Source: Batkoa obscura (taxonomy: Eukaryota). From it: a stretch of 56,974 bases of DNA. Below are positions 11,349-25,116 of this stretch, in pieces (the first letter of the stretch is position 1; each line of letters begins with the position of its first letter). The stretch is taken from contig JASVEC010000105.1 in assembly GCA_030770535.1 (NCBI GenBank), forward strand, positions 1 to 56,974, written 5' to 3'. A program made the position numbers and the translations under genes. The notes beneath the pieces are model-generated. The model was not told where the DNA came from and did not search any database. It saw only the letters and a program-made list of their open reading frames with translations.

Positions 11349-12713
11349 ATGTCAATGCGACCTAATTTAACAATTACAACTAGTGTACAAGAAATTAAAT
11401 GTGATTCTTGTTATCGATTAAAAATCGTATGTGATCGAATGGAAAGTATGTGTAGTGGTTGTTTTCAAAGGGGAATCTTATGTACATATACACAATCAAA
11501 TAAATCAAGTATAACACGTAATTTAAGTTATGATAATAACCAAAGGAATTATATTAATCGACAAATAGTTAATCGAAATTTATCCGTTGATAATATAACT
11601 CAAAGAAATCATTTAAATAATAATAATAACAATGATAGTAATGATACTAATAATTTTGTTAGTCCTAAATTAAAATTAAATAGTATACCAATTAATATTA
11701 ATACTAGGAATAATAACAACAATAATAATAATCGTAATTTAAGCATTGATATTATACCATTGAACAATAATATGAATTTAAGTATGGATTTTAAAGGGAA
11801 TTCTTATCCACCACCTAATTTAACTTTAAGTCAAATGGTACCTAATTTATCAATTAATCGTTCTCAATCTCCAATGAACTTAACGGATTTGAATTCTTCG
11901 TATACTTCTTCACCAATTTATCAATCCCCTACAGGTACTAGTCCAAATGGTTCATTTTTTATGGATAACTATTTAACTCAAGAGATACAACCTAATTTAT
12001 CTACTAATAACTCATCCCCAAATCCAATGTATTATTCTAATAGTTTAAATAATAATAATACTAATAATCAACAAACTATGTTTTTTAATTCACTAAATTT
12101 ATCACCTGCAATGAATGCAAATGCAATAGATTCTACTGTTACTTTATGCCAATCACCAAATACATTAAATCCACCCACTATTATATTAGAACCACCGCAA
12201 CCTAGTAATAATTTATTAAATAGTAATAATAATTTATTAAATAATAATAATAACAGTAATAATAATAGTACAAATTCATTATCTTCTTCATTACCTGAAT
12301 TAACTTATCAAATGAATCAATTAACAATTGAGAATGCTAATTTTATATTTCCAGAAACAATGTTACCTTTAGATACACAAACAATCATAGGAATAAGTTA
12401 TTATTTTCAAAATATTCATCCTCAATTTCCAGTAGTTGACCCTATCTTATTTAAAAAAAAACTAGCATTAGAAGCTCAATTAATTTCTCCTTTAAACTGT
12501 TTAATTGAAGCTATTATTTCATTATCAAAAATGCACCTTAAAAACCCATTAAATTTTCAACAATCAATTGATACTTTTCTTACTCAAGTAAATTTAGAAC
12601 CTTATTTCCCACAAAGTAATACTTTGATTCCTGAAGAGAAATCTTTATCAACTGCTACTTATTTGATTGATCAATTACATTCGTTTCATTTTGCTAACAG
12701 TTTAGAATTTTAA
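11349..12713 (+). CDS. Zn(II)2Cys6 binuclear-cluster transcription factor with Asn/Ser/Pro-rich middle region
   Basis: CDSCYRLKIVCDRMESMCSGCFQRGILCTY; YYFQNIHPQFPVVD resembles the start of the fungal TF middle-homology region; poly-Asn tracts. Confidence 0.9.
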   Translation: MSMRPNLTITTSVQEIKCDSCYRLKIVCDRMESMCSGCFQRGILCTYTQSNKSSITRNLSYDNNQRNYINRQIVNRNLSVDNITQRNHLNNNNNNDSNDTNNFVSPKLKLNSIPININTRNNNNNNNNRNLSIDIIPLNNNMNLSMDFKGNSYPPPNLTLSQMVPNLSINRSQSPMNLTDLNSSYTSSPIYQSPTGTSPNGSFFMDNYLTQEIQPNLSTNNSSPNPMYYSNSLNNNNTNNQQTMFFNSLNLSPAMNANAIDSTVTLCQSPNTLNPPTIILEPPQPSNNLLNSNNNLLNNNNNSNNNSTNSLSSSLPELTYQMNQLTIENANFIFPETMLPLDTQTIIGISYYFQNIHPQFPVVDPILFKKKLALEAQLISPLNCLIEAIISLSKMHLKNPLNFQQSIDTFLTQVNLEPYFPQSNTLIPEEKSLSTATYLIDQLHSFHFANSLEF

Positions 12714-13055
12714 TTATAATTAAATATATTATGAAGGAGAGAATGATAAAGTATAAGAGTTAGAGATATAGTTATTGAGTTAATTATTAGTATTTTTTAA
12801 TATAAAATATAACTCAATTTTTTGATTTAAGTATCAATATAAGTTAATTCTTAATGTATATTAGTTTATTAAAATTAAAATAAAGTTTATTGATTTATTA
12901 TTATTATTAAATTTAATCTATTTTTTTCTATTAAATGATAATAATACTATTACCTAAAGAATTATTTTATTTTAATATTATAATTAAATAGCATTATACT
13001 TAACTTATACAATTGAATCAAAAATATATATGTGATTTTATTTATTTACTTTTAA

Positions 13056-14667
13056 TTAATTGTTAACATCCCAAACAACTAATCTGCCATCTAATCCGGA
13101 AGTAGAAACAGAGAGTACATTTTGATTTTCAATATCAAAAGGATTAACACAGCTAATTATAAAAAATAAATAATATATAAAATTAATTTTAATAAATAAT
13201 AATAAAAAATAAAATTAAACTTACTTAATTAAATTTTGATGAATAGTTGAAAGTTGGGTATCTGATTCTGCATTAGTGCCTTTTGAATCCATCTGACGGA
13301 ATTTATTAAAAGCAGAATTAACAGTAGATACTTTCTTTTCTTTCCCAGCATCTAAAGACTTAATGAAATTCCTAAAGTAAAAAATAGTCAACAAATCAAC
13401 ATTCATCAAATTAAATCCCGTTATAACTATTAATGTCATTATATATAATAATTACTCACCATCCATTTTCATCTCCTTCAAAAATACTTGGTGAAAATTG
13501 ATGACCAACAGCCAATAATTGAGATTCATTTAAAAATAATAAACTAACAAATGGAAGTTGATTAGTACGTACAGAATGAATAGTACTTGAAGATGGATAA
13601 GCTATATTAATACTAGAATCATGGCCTAATAAAATAAACGAATGAATTTATTATTATTATTATTTAAATATTTTTAAACTTAATAAAAAAGAAAAAAAGA
13701 CTTACCAGTAAATCCAAGTACATCTCCAGAAGGTGAAAAGGCTACTGAATGAATCCAACCACCACTTGGATTACTATATTCACCACATAATGTACCAAAG
13801 GGTAATTTTTCACCCCAAACAGAAGGATTTGGTCTAAATGAATTTAATTGAATTTAATGAAATTATTCAATTTTTCTTAAAAATAATATCTTATTAAAAC
13901 TTACTTTGAATCTAATTTTTTAATAAAAGCAGAGTAAACTCGAGCCTAAAAAACCAAAAAGAATTAAAGAAAAGTTAAAAATAAATCAAAATTATTAATC
14001 CTTATTGAAAATTAAGTAATAAAAACACAATTACCTTCATATCAGTTGATCCTGTAGCAATAAGAACATTATTAGGATGCCAAGCAATACTTAATACAGT
14101 AGATTGAAACCCTTTCAAATGGGAACTTGACCACCAATCATTAGCTTCAGCAAAATAACAAATAGAAACAATTTTTGATCCTGAAGCAACAGCAAATTTG
14201 GTTTCAGATGGTGACCATTTAACTTGAGTTGCAGCACGATCAATTCTTAATTGTACTAATTTAGGTTTCCATTTAGATGATTCAATATCGTATTCCCATA
14301 CATAAGCATTCTTATCTTGAGAACAAGTTACAAGTTTATTGGACATGGGTGCCCAGTCGATACCCGTTACAAGAAGATCATGCTAGTAAAAAGTTAATAA
14401 TAGGGAAAAGGAAGTTTCAATAGGATTAACTTACAGCATCTAAAGTATGTAATAGTTTAACAGTATTAGAACTTCTTGTCAACTCATAAATTTGAACTTG
14501 ATTTGAATTGGGAGAGATAGCAACTTCTATTAAATTGAAATATTGAAATTTATTAGTGATGTTTATTAATGATAAATTAATATTGAATATTTACGAGATC
14601 TATCTTTATTAAATGCATGAGCATAAATTGGAAAGTTAAATAATTGATTTAATTGTGTAGCCACCAT
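13056..14667 (-). CDS. ARC40: Arp2/3 complex subunit 1 (WD40), about 7 introns
   Basis: ATG at 14667; exons read [101 protein letters not shown] at 13058..13056. Confidence 0.93.
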
Positions 14668-15068
14668 TATTTATATATTGTTTGAAATTATTAAAAAATT
14701 CCAAATTTCAATAATTCTTAGTGTTTTTATGTTTAAATGAGGTTGCTATTTCTATTGGTTCAAATTAAAGTGGCTTAAAGTTGAATTAAGTTAATTGATA
14801 CTTGGCAAGTAAAAATATAAAATATTAATATTACTACTAAAAATTCAAATAAAAGCACAATATATAGTAATAAAAAATAACTCCTTTATTATTTTCAAAC
14901 ACATAAAAACTGGGTTAAATTTAAAAAGAAAACAATCAAAATTGTATGTTATATATTAATCAAACAAACACTAACAAAATCTATAAAGCTTTAAAATTTT
15001 AAAGTACTTAATTAGACTACAAAACATTTAAAAAACACATACAAAATAGTCTTAATTTCAATTGTATT

Positions 15069-18000
15069 TTACAACCCATGTAATTTACTAAGATTCTCTA
15101 AATCCCTTTGGAATTCAAGATCTTCTAAAAGTTGAAATTCATCTATTAAAAAGAAAGATTAATTCCATTCATTATTTAATTAAAAGTTTTATTAAAAACT
15201 TACTATTATTTTCTTTCTCTTTAGAACTTTTTTTAAGTTGAAAGAAATGCTTTAGTATATCAATCCATTGTAAAGTTAATAAGTGAATTTTACTCGATGA
15301 ATCTAAAGTAGATAGAAAGATAACAGGTTTTAATTCATTATTAAATATATTAATACCAGATGTTAATATTGATTTTGACAGTTTTTTAGATTGTTGAATT
15401 AATTTTTTAATGTGTAATTTTAAATTTGATTCAAATAATGTTGGATATAAGCTAGAATACTTTAATAATAATTCGATTATTATTATTTCATAATTATAAA
15501 TTACAACTATGTTATAACTTAAATTATATAAACTTTCAATTAATTGAAAGTCTGGTTTACATTGATTTAATATATCAAATATTAATTCTGTTTTTTTTCT
15601 ATTTTCTTCTATAAAATTATTATTATTATTGTTATCATTTTAATAAAGTGATAGTTATTAAAATTTACCTTTTGATTTACCTAATATGATTTTATTTAAT
15701 GAGAAATAATATGATATTAATTTTATTACTAATTCAGTATTATAACTCAATTCTTTTTTGAACAATTTTAAAAATTTAGATTGAACATTCATCTCATAAT
15801 CTATTATTTGATCTAAAAATTTAGTTAAAATTAATTTCATCTTGTAATATTTTTAATATTTAATTACCTATTAATTCATTCAATCCATTTTTATCAACTA
15901 AACTTAAATTACAATAAGTCAATGAACATACGAGTTCATTAATCTAATAAATTTTATTATTAAAAATAATTTATAATATTAAATTAATTAAAACTTACAT
16001 TTTCTTCATTATAATTTTTTAATATGAAAATAATTAACTCTAAATTATTAAAGGACCAATTAGAAGTAGCTTTTAAAATCAACGGTAATAAATTAATAGC
16101 TAAATTGGAATTTAATTGAAATAATTGAATAAAATCATATTGAATAATTTTTTTTGGTTCACATCTTCCATAAAATTGTAATATTTCAATTATTTGTATG
16201 TAACCCAAAATTGATTTTATTTCATCATTATTACTATTAAGTTGTTTCTCTTGTTTATTTATTAAATAATTCCTATGAAAAAAAATTATTAATTTAATTT
16301 AATTATTTATTAAATAATATTAAATTAAATTTAAATTAACTTACTTTAAAATAAATAATAACCAAATACAATTAATAATTGGACAATTAAGTATTAATTT
16401 AATAAACAATATAATAATAGATTGTATTTGTTTTGTATTTTTTTGAAAAAGAAGATTAATATTTCCAAAATTAAATTCATTATTGGTTTGAAATTCGTTA
16501 TAAATCATTTCTAATAATGGAATAAAAGGTAAATCTAATTGATTTATTTTATTCATTAAATTTAATGATGCTTTATATTTCATTATTAATGAAGAATATT
16601 GTGTTTTATATGCCATTGATTTTATGTATTCTAAAGGTAAATAATTATCATTAATTTTATAATTATTATAATTAATTAAGTTTAATGATTTTGATAATGG
16701 TGCAGATAAAGTTTGAGTTAAATGATTTAAATTGATAGATGATTCAATAATATCTTTAAATGCAATAGTAGCTTCTTCTTTTAAACTTTCATTGATACTT
16801 CTTCTTAATTCTAGTATATCTTCTTTAAAAGACCATATATCACTTGCATCTAAATCTTCTATTTCAATTTCGCTATCTTTTGTTATCTAATAAATTTAGT
16901 TAATGGATATATTTATTTTATAATAAGTTACCAATAAAATGTCTTCATTCTTGTTTTGTTGGGTTCCTTTTTCTTTTTCTTTTTCTTTAACATAAGATAT
17001 ACCCTTTTCATTATTTTGTTGAGTATTTGGGCCTTGCCCATTCAATTCTTGTTCAATTTCATTCTTATATCCTGGTGAAGGTACACTATATTTATCTTCA
17101 ACTTCATTCCCTTTTAAAGATTCAAACTTAGGTTCTGGTGGATTATATACAGGACTTTGGGCAAATACAAGTGATGATTTAACAAAATTTCCTTCTTGAT
17201 CATTAAAACTAGTTTCCTTATATAATCTCTTTTTAGATTTTGAATCTTCATTATCTTGTGGAGGCGAAAAATTGACATCATAAATATTAACATCAGCAAT
17301 ATTACTCTTAGCAATAGATACTTCAACTTCTTTTTCAACAGCCATAGATTCATGATAATGCGTGTTCTGAGTAACCATAGACTGATGATAGTGAATATTA
17401 TGTGGGAATGTATATGCTTGTGGAGAATGATATTGTTGATAAGGAGGTTGTGTTTCATGAGGTAGGAAGTATCTAATAGCTCTTTTAAATGGAAAAACAT
17501 TCGGTCTTTCAGGTTCACTTACTTGCAGATGATCTTTAAATAAATTGTATAAACGATATTTTATACCTGGATCTAAATCAGGATGATTATAGAGGGGTTC
17601 TATAGAACTATATGAGTTATTAGTTTAATTCTATTTTAATTAAAATTAAGTAACTTACTGAAGTAACCCAGACTTTAATATACTTTCCATTGTTTTTGAA
17701 ACTCCAATTCGCATTACAGTTTCTAATTCTGGTATGTAATTAGTTAATAAATTATCTAAATATTCTATTAACATTTGAGAAAGGTATAAAGTTTCATTTG
17801 TAGGATTAAATATTAATTGAATAGTAGGTTCTAAATAAAACTATAAATATTTTAAGATATAATTATAATATATACCAACTTACCTAATATCATAATATCT
17901 TCATAAGTTTCATCAAAAAAGAACCAATCATAGAATAACACAAATTTAGCTTCTGCTGCTATAATTTCACTCTATTAAAATTTAATTAATTATTTTTGAT

Positions 18001-19589
18001 AAATACTAATTTAATGTTTACTTCTATAATATTCAGTAATTCTTTTATTAATTGATGACGTTGCATTCCCCTTCTACTACCATTTTCATTGACTTTTACG
18101 CAATAACAAATATAACGCACAATATCAGGTACAATAAATTGTCCTTCTGGTGTATCAAAATAATCTCTTTTAAGCCAAGTATGATATAACGGATATTCAT
18201 TTATATTTATCTGATGAAATAAATTTAATTAATCACTATGAATTATAATACAAATTCTATTATTATTTTACTTGATTTAAAATAAAATGAATCCTTTCTT
18301 TTAACTGTAAATTTAAATATCCAGAAATATACTCTTTTGGTGTAGGTTGCATAAATAACCTTATTGTACCTTTGAATTATTAAATTTAATATTAAATTAA
18401 ATACAATGTTACCTTTATGGGGTTGATCTATAGTAGCAAATCGAGCCATCATACCACTCCAAGCATGGGTAATTGTAGCAATTCTAGAAATCTGAGAAAT
18501 TGTTCTTAATAAATCTCTACCAATTGAAAGACAATAAGCGGGCTAAAAATAAACTTAATCAAAAACAAAAAAATTTAAAATTGAATTACTTTATGATCCA
18601 AAAGATTACTACAAAATCGAGTTTCATTTAATTGTAAATCCGGAAAAGCATTATGAAACTGTAATTTTTTCAAAAAAGTAAAACAAGATTGTCCCATTAA
18701 ATCTGGAATATTTGATGTTTCTTCACCCACTTTGGCCTCAAAGTCACTATCACGCATCATTCTATCACTAAAATTATCATTACTATATTGGATATTGATC
18801 TACTTAAAATAATAAATTTACAGTATTTTGAGGCTTAAATTGACAAGATGTTGGTAATAATTTATCTTTTTAATATGTCCAGGTCCAACTAAAAATTGAA
18901 TTTAATTTTAATTTAAGTTTAGTTTTTTTTAATCTTTTACTTGGAATTTCAGTTATCAAATATCGAACTACTCCAGCAAAAGGTATCAATTCCGTTTCTG
19001 GAAATCGATTAATAATCCAAAATAGCTACAAAAGAGTTAACTAAATAAATAATTAAAGTTTGCTTTTACCTTTTCTAATACTTCTTCCCTCATCAAATTT
19101 AAAAAAGGCTGTTCAATAACTAAAAACATACAACGAACTAATTCTTGAAATTCATCTTGATTAACTTCAAGTAAAAGTTGAAAGATCTAAATAATAAATA
19201 GTTAATAAAAAATCTCAATAACAACCATTAATATCCTACAAAATCTGGGGGTTCATTCATTGCTAATATAAAATAAAAAAGTCCTTGGATGGCACCATGA
19301 TAATGGTCCTTGGAAGTGGAAGCCTTTTAAGTTTAAATTTCTCAGTGTATAGATTACTTAATTATAATTACATGTGCTCTCAATCCTACTGACATTTGAT
19401 CTGGCTCAAATTGGGCAATATAATCTCTTAATTCATTATAAGATTTGGATAGTATCTAAAGATTGATTTGATATCAGTACGTTTTCAACTCAATTAAAAT
19501 TATTCATTTACGTCTTCAATAGCATTTCTTGGATCAATACTACTAAGTTTATATAAAATGGAGCGCGGTTCTTGGTTACGTCGCATCAT
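15069..19589 (-). CDS. INTS3: Integrator complex subunit 3 / SOSS-A homologue, multi-exon (exon boundaries approximate)
   Basis: Exons read CLSIGRDLLRTISQISRI, IVPDIVRYIC, AKFVLFYDWFFF..EDIMIL/EPTI, NYIPELETVMRIGVSKTM, EPLYNHPDLD and INELVCSLTYCNLSLV. These match, in order, INTS3 motifs as I recall them (IGRDLVRLL, DLIRYIC, AKLALFYDWLFF, IMNIEPAI, LQELVCHVMMGNL). Confidence 0.8.
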
Positions 19590-19778
19590 CCTTTAGACTA
19601 TTGTTATAGATAGTTAAAAAACAATTTTTTGGATTTTTTAAATTTTGGAATTTCATTTGCTTATTATTTGTTAGCTTTTCACTGTATGATTTCAATCAAT
19701 GCTAAAAGTTAGCTTCATTTATATTTTATGCAGTTTAAATTTTTGAAGATTATTTAAAAAAAAAACAGAATTTGGAGA

Positions 19779-19974
19779 TATGGGGATGTATTTTTTTGTC
19801 TAAGGATTTTACTAACAATCTTTCCACTCAAATAGCGTTTGAAAAACGGAAAAATAATGAAATTAAAAAATACATCCCCATATATTCTTTTGTAAGAATT
19901 TTACTGACAATCTTTACACTTAAATAGTGCTTAAAAAATAGAAAAAGTAATAAAGCCAAAAAAAACACCCGCAT
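19779..19974. mobile_element. MITE (19779..19882 complete) followed in tandem by a 5'-truncated copy
   Basis: TATGGGGATGTATTTTTT...AAAAAATACATCCCCATA; the second core ends AAAAAAAACACCCGCAT. Confidence 0.85.
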
Positions 19975-20961
19975 TAAATTTACAGATTACAATAAATACA
20001 AAAAAATAAAAATTAGAAAGTAAAAATTGAATAAATGAGTGAAGAATAATACATTATTCATAAACTTATATTCGTTCAAAGTGTTGATTTACAATTGAAT
20101 ACAATGATTTCTATCTTTTGATACTGTTTTATGAACTTCTAATAGATATCAACAATTTAATAAGTTGAATGATAAAATAAAACTTATCAGCCGCCTATCT
20201 ATAGGTTAGAATATAAACAGTTAGCAAATAAACAAAGCTACTCACTTTATAATTTGTTATAGTAGATTGTATGCAATTAATGTTTATATAACAATTTTTA
20301 GATTTAATGAAGGGTGAAAACATATGAGAGTTTAACGTCAGTCTATTTTTAAAAAATAAACTAAGTAAACTCAAGTGTTAATGAATACTGGAATTTTCGT
20401 CTATTTTAAAGTAATTGAAATTTAAGTGATTTAATATACTTTAAGGTGATTAGTTCAAGTTCACATCGAAATATAGGCGGTATGGTTTATGAATTTTTAC
20501 AATCACTGGCTACAATAGACAGAGTTATCGTAATATTAAAGGCAAATCTATAAATTGAGAAAAGAATCAATATAAACACTAATAGTAAAGTTTTAATTTA
20601 CCATGAACAAATTTGAATGTATGCCATAAAATGAATTCTATAAATAAAAATAACCTCGTATATTCAAAACCTGTTAACTTCTAATTTATGAAATAGTTGA
20701 ATTATTAATGCAAAGTTAATTTTATAAGTTTCAATTACCGACAATTCTCTTTAAATAGTACAAACTAAATTTTAAATCAAAGATTCCCTAAATATAGCAG
20801 CGTAAAAGAAAACATATAGTGATCTATTTTAATTTATCATTTATTAAAATAGAGTCATCTATATCTCAACTATAAATCATGCTTTTAAAATACTAATATA
20901 AATAGAGTGAGGGATATATAACTAAAATATTATTTTCAAAAAGATAAATTGTTTATAAACT

Positions 20962-23232
20962 ATGATAAATAAATTAAATAATTATAATACAGATGAACTA
21001 AACATCAGCTATAAACTGAGAAAATACCACAAACAAGAAACAAAGTCAGAATTAGCCTATCGTTTATATCATGAAGTTTTATACAAAACTCCAACATATA
21101 TAAAATCCTTTATACCAATAATAACTTGGTTACCAAAGTATAATCGTCAATGGTTATTAGGTGATATAATTTCTGGATTTACAGTTGGCCTAATGTTAGT
21201 TCCACAATCACTAGCATATACTAAATTAGCACAGATCCCAATCCATTATGGTTTATACTCTTCTTTTATAGGTAACTTAATATATACCATCTTTGGTAGT
21301 TCAAGGGAAATAAGTATGGGTCCAACCACAGTGCTAAGTTTATTAATCGGAGAAACTGTAGTTTCAGTTACCTCGGATTTAAACAATCAATATACTCCAG
21401 AACAAATAGGCTCTGTTTTAGCTATAACTATGGCTTCAATTGCTATTATAGGTTCTATCTTAAGACTGGGGTTTATATTAGACTTCATTCCTAATTCTGT
21501 AATTACTGGGTTTACCCTTGGGGCAGCATGTACTATTATGTTAAGTCAATTGAGTTCTTTATTTGGAATACCAAATGTTATAACAAGCCAACCAACATGG
21601 GAAGTAATAAAAAATCTAATCATGAATGTGCCAAAGATAAATTACATAAATTTATTGTTTGGTTTATTTTCCTTATTGTTTTTATTTCTCATGCCTTATT
21701 TAGTTTCCAAACAACTTACTCGATTTCCAGCCTTATTTTATTTAATTATTTCTTCTAATGCTATTGTTGCTATTCTATTCACTCTAATTTCATTTGCTTT
21801 AAAATCTACCAACCCGTCAATTAATCTTTCTGTTGTTGGTACTGTACCTAAAGGTTTTAGTTACATTGGCCCTCCACCTTTAGACTCAAATCTATGGGTT
21901 AAAATATTATCCCATACACCCTATCTATTTTTAGCATCTATATTAGAACATATAGCCATCTGTAAAAGTTTTTCAACTGAAGTAGGATATAAATTACACA
22001 CTTCTCAAGAATTTTTTGCTGTCGGGGCGGCTAACCTAGCTGCTTCCTTTTTTTCTGGTTTCCCAATAGCAGGTGCATTCTCCCGTGGTGCAGTACTAGC
22101 CAAATCTGGTGTAAAGAGCCCAATGGTAGGCATTTTTATTGCGCTGATTTTATTAGCTGCTTTCCAGTTTTTAACTCCTGCTTTTTATTATATCCCATCT
22201 GCTACTTTAGCTGCCATTATTATGCGTGCTGGTATATCTTTGATCCCGACTTTTGCAACTGTCAAAGAATTATATGTTACTTCTAAAATCGATTTCTTCG
22301 TTTTCATCGTTGCATCAGTTGTTACCTTTTTACTCGGTGTACAATACGGAATTGGCAGTGCTGTTGCTATTTCTTTCTTGTATTTATTATTACGTATTGC
22401 AAGACCTAAATTTTATGTGTTAGGAGAAATTGAAGGTAGGGATGGGGTATTTGTTGATAAATATCATCCAGCATATAAAGCAGAAGATCCAGAACCTGGG
22501 ATAATTGTTTTTAGGATTCAAGAGTCTATTATATTTCCAAATATTTCTTTTTTAAAAGATCAGCTTATGGACTATGTTTTAGAACATACTAAGTCAGGAG
22601 CACCACCAATATTATCAAAAGACAAACTATGGTCAAGTGATTTACATGATCGTTCTATCTCATTAAGAAGAATAAGAGCAAAAAGAAATAATACTAATGT
22701 ACCTAATGAAGATGATTTACCTTATTTGAAAGCAGTTATATTGGATTTAGGAGCAGTGAATTATATTGATGCATCTGGTATTCAAGGTTTAAAAGAATTG
22801 AGGGATCAACTTTATTTATATGCTGGTGCTCATCCATGTCAGCTTAATTGTATGACTTGTAATAATGAGTCAAATAATGATATTTTAGAAATTGAAACTA
22901 ACGCTCAAATCAAGTTTGAGCTACACTTTGTTTCTATTCATTTAAGTGTGTTACGTTGTTTAATGAAATCGAATTTAGCTGTACTTTTGGCTAAAGATGA
23001 TATACAAAAACAGAATTTCAAGTTGAACAAAATGAATAAGGATGGGTGTAAAAATGAAGGCAAATCGACTTTAAAAGATGATTTATTTAATACAGTTAAT
23101 GAAGATTTAGATATCTCTTTAATCCAAGATGAAATGGATATTGAACCCATTTTATTAAATTCATCTAGATACATTCATATTACTTTATCTAATGCTATTG
23201 CTAAGGTGAGGGAAGATTTTAATATTTCATGA
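20962..23232 (+). CDS. SulP/SLC26 sulfate (anion) permease with STAS domain, intronless
   Basis: WLPKY..WLLGDIISGFTVGLMLVPQSLAY, YGLYSSF, FGSSREISMGPT, QEFFAVG, STAS motif ILDLGAVNYIDASGIQGL. Confidence 0.93.
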   Translation: MINKLNNYNTDELNISYKLRKYHKQETKSELAYRLYHEVLYKTPTYIKSFIPIITWLPKYNRQWLLGDIISGFTVGLMLVPQSLAYTKLAQIPIHYGLYSSFIGNLIYTIFGSSREISMGPTTVLSLLIGETVVSVTSDLNNQYTPEQIGSVLAITMASIAIIGSILRLGFILDFIPNSVITGFTLGAACTIMLSQLSSLFGIPNVITSQPTWEVIKNLIMNVPKINYINLLFGLFSLLFLFLMPYLVSKQLTRFPALFYLIISSNAIVAILFTLISFALKSTNPSINLSVVGTVPKGFSYIGPPPLDSNLWVKILSHTPYLFLASILEHIAICKSFSTEVGYKLHTSQEFFAVGAANLAASFFSGFPIAGAFSRGAVLAKSGVKSPMVGIFIALILLAAFQFLTPAFYYIPSATLAAIIMRAGISLIPTFATVKELYVTSKIDFFVFIVASVVTFLLGVQYGIGSAVAISFLYLLLRIARPKFYVLGEIEGRDGVFVDKYHPAYKAEDPEPGIIVFRIQESIIFPNISFLKDQLMDYVLEHTKSGAPPILSKDKLWSSDLHDRSISLRRIRAKRNNTNVPNEDDLPYLKAVILDLGAVNYIDASGIQGLKELRDQLYLYAGAHPCQLNCMTCNNESNNDILEIETNAQIKFELHFVSIHLSVLRCLMKSNLAVLLAKDDIQKQNFKLNKMNKDGCKNEGKSTLKDDLFNTVNEDLDISLIQDEMDIEPILLNSSRYIHITLSNAIAKVREDFNIS

Positions 23233-23896
23233 TCTTTATTGTGCTATTATCAAAATAAAGCTATTTATTACAATAACTTTTTAATTTAAAAAGTTGATAA
23301 ATCAAGATAATTGAAGAAGGGAAGCTGTTATGTTTTAATAATGAATCTTAAAATGTTAGTAGATTTTAATAAGCATTGCATGTTTGTAAGTGAAAAACAC
23401 TGATAGTGTAAGCTTGTCTATCATGCTAGCTACTTCAAAAGCATCAACATTCATTAATTTGATATAACTCTATGAATTTTACCATAATAATCAAATTTTC
23501 GTAAACAACACTAATATAGAAAATTAATTATTGTATGACTATGCTGATATTTTTATAATTATATGACTTAAATAAAGAACGCGGTTAGTAAAAAAGTATG
23601 CAAAAAAGAGTTTATTGATAATAGCATCATAATATACTTATAAATTTATATAAATTAACATTGGAATTCTTTTTAATTCATTACATAAGGCTAGAGTTAT
23701 ATGTGATGCAACTGGACTAATAAGCAGTGTAAGAGTAATAAGCTTAAGTTATATTTCTGTGTATTCGTCTTCTAATTCAAAATATCAGACTATCAATGCC
23801 TCAAGATTTGGAGAGAGAGACGGAAAATAAAGATATTTTCAAATATAATTATAAAGTCATCTATTATGCTTTTTTTTATAAACTTGCATTTAACTA

Positions 23897-23998
23897 TATG
23901 GGGGCATTTTTTTGGCTTCATTATTTTTTCCATCTTTTAAGCGCTATTTAAGCGGAAAAATTATTAGCAAAATTCCTAAACAGAAATACATGCCTGTA
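23897..23998. mobile_element. MITE copy
   Basis: TATGGGGGC..TTCATTATTTTTTCCATCTTTTAAGCGCTATTTAAGCGGAAAAATT..AATACATGCCTGTA. Confidence 0.8.
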
Positions 23999-24087
23999 TG
24001 CTCCTTTTCATACGATTCATTAGTGACCGAATATGGAATAACAGCCCTTCTTTTAATATTAGATTTTAAACAATTGAAGCATATTGT

Positions 24088-25017
24088 TTAAGTATTAAAA
24101 AATGAAAGTGAAGTCAATAGTACTTTTGTTAAACCAACAAAGTAGGCTTCTTTCAATGCGAATAACTTTAAAATATTGCTTTGGATTATTTTTCTTGTAT
24201 CAAAATAAGCTAATGCAATAATATTTCTATTTCCAACCAATTTTATGCTGTCGAACTCTCTAAGAATATTAACATATAATGTCTTATAATAGTCTATTAA
24301 TTTTATATCATTTATTTTTTTCGAATTATCAAAGCACTTAAGAATATCCATATTACAATATTTACCAATTCGTAATACCAAATCGAAAATAAAACTTATA
24401 TTGATATTAGCTTCAATAGAACTATAAATAAGTCTACCTGGAGTTAGATGTAACGCATTTAATTTTTTAAACCTTATTTTGGGAACATCTAATCTCCCAT
24501 TGTATAGTTCATAGCTAGAATAAATTTTAAACAGTTATAAGGTGTTTGGTCTCAAGTAATTGGTAATGCTTCCAATATTTAATTTGCTTGTATGAATTTC
24601 TAGCTTTTTGAGTTAGTCTATGTCAGCGTTAAATACTTCTCTTAACAAAAATAAATAATTACAACTTTTATAGTTAACTTTGATAAGTTTGTTAATTTTG
24701 TGTCTTTTTTAAAATCATTGTAGCAATTATTATGAAATTTATTATTGTAGTAACTAATGATTGATGATTCTTCATAATATGTAGATCTTGTATTAAAAAA
24801 GTTGTTACTATGTATATGTATGTGTTTTAATAACAGCCTATTTTTCTTAAAAACTTGTATTGATGGTAATAACATTTTCCAATACGATACATTATATAGA
24901 TCGAGTTGTACTTAATGGCACACTTATAATCTTAGATAAGTATTTATTCAATAAGCATAAAGTAAATAGCTCGTGTGTATCCAATGATCTAAGTACTTCT
25001 AAATTGATATTTGGCAA
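24088..25017 (-). pseudogene. Possible degenerate F-box/LRR-type gene relic
   Basis: ILPNINLEVLRSLDTHELFTLCLLNKYLSKII has F-box-like spacing; it is followed by broken Leu/Asn-rich ORF pieces (24642..24875, 24088..24381). Confidence 0.35.
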
Positions 25018-25116
25018 TATGAGGATGTTTTTTAGTTTCATTACTTTTTCCGTTTTTTGAGCATTATTTTTGAATGGAAAATTTATTAGCAAAATCCTAA
25101 AAAAATACATCCCTAT
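25018..25116. mobile_element. MITE copy
   Basis: TATGAGGATGTTTTT...AAAAAATACATCCCTAT with the family core. Confidence 0.8.
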
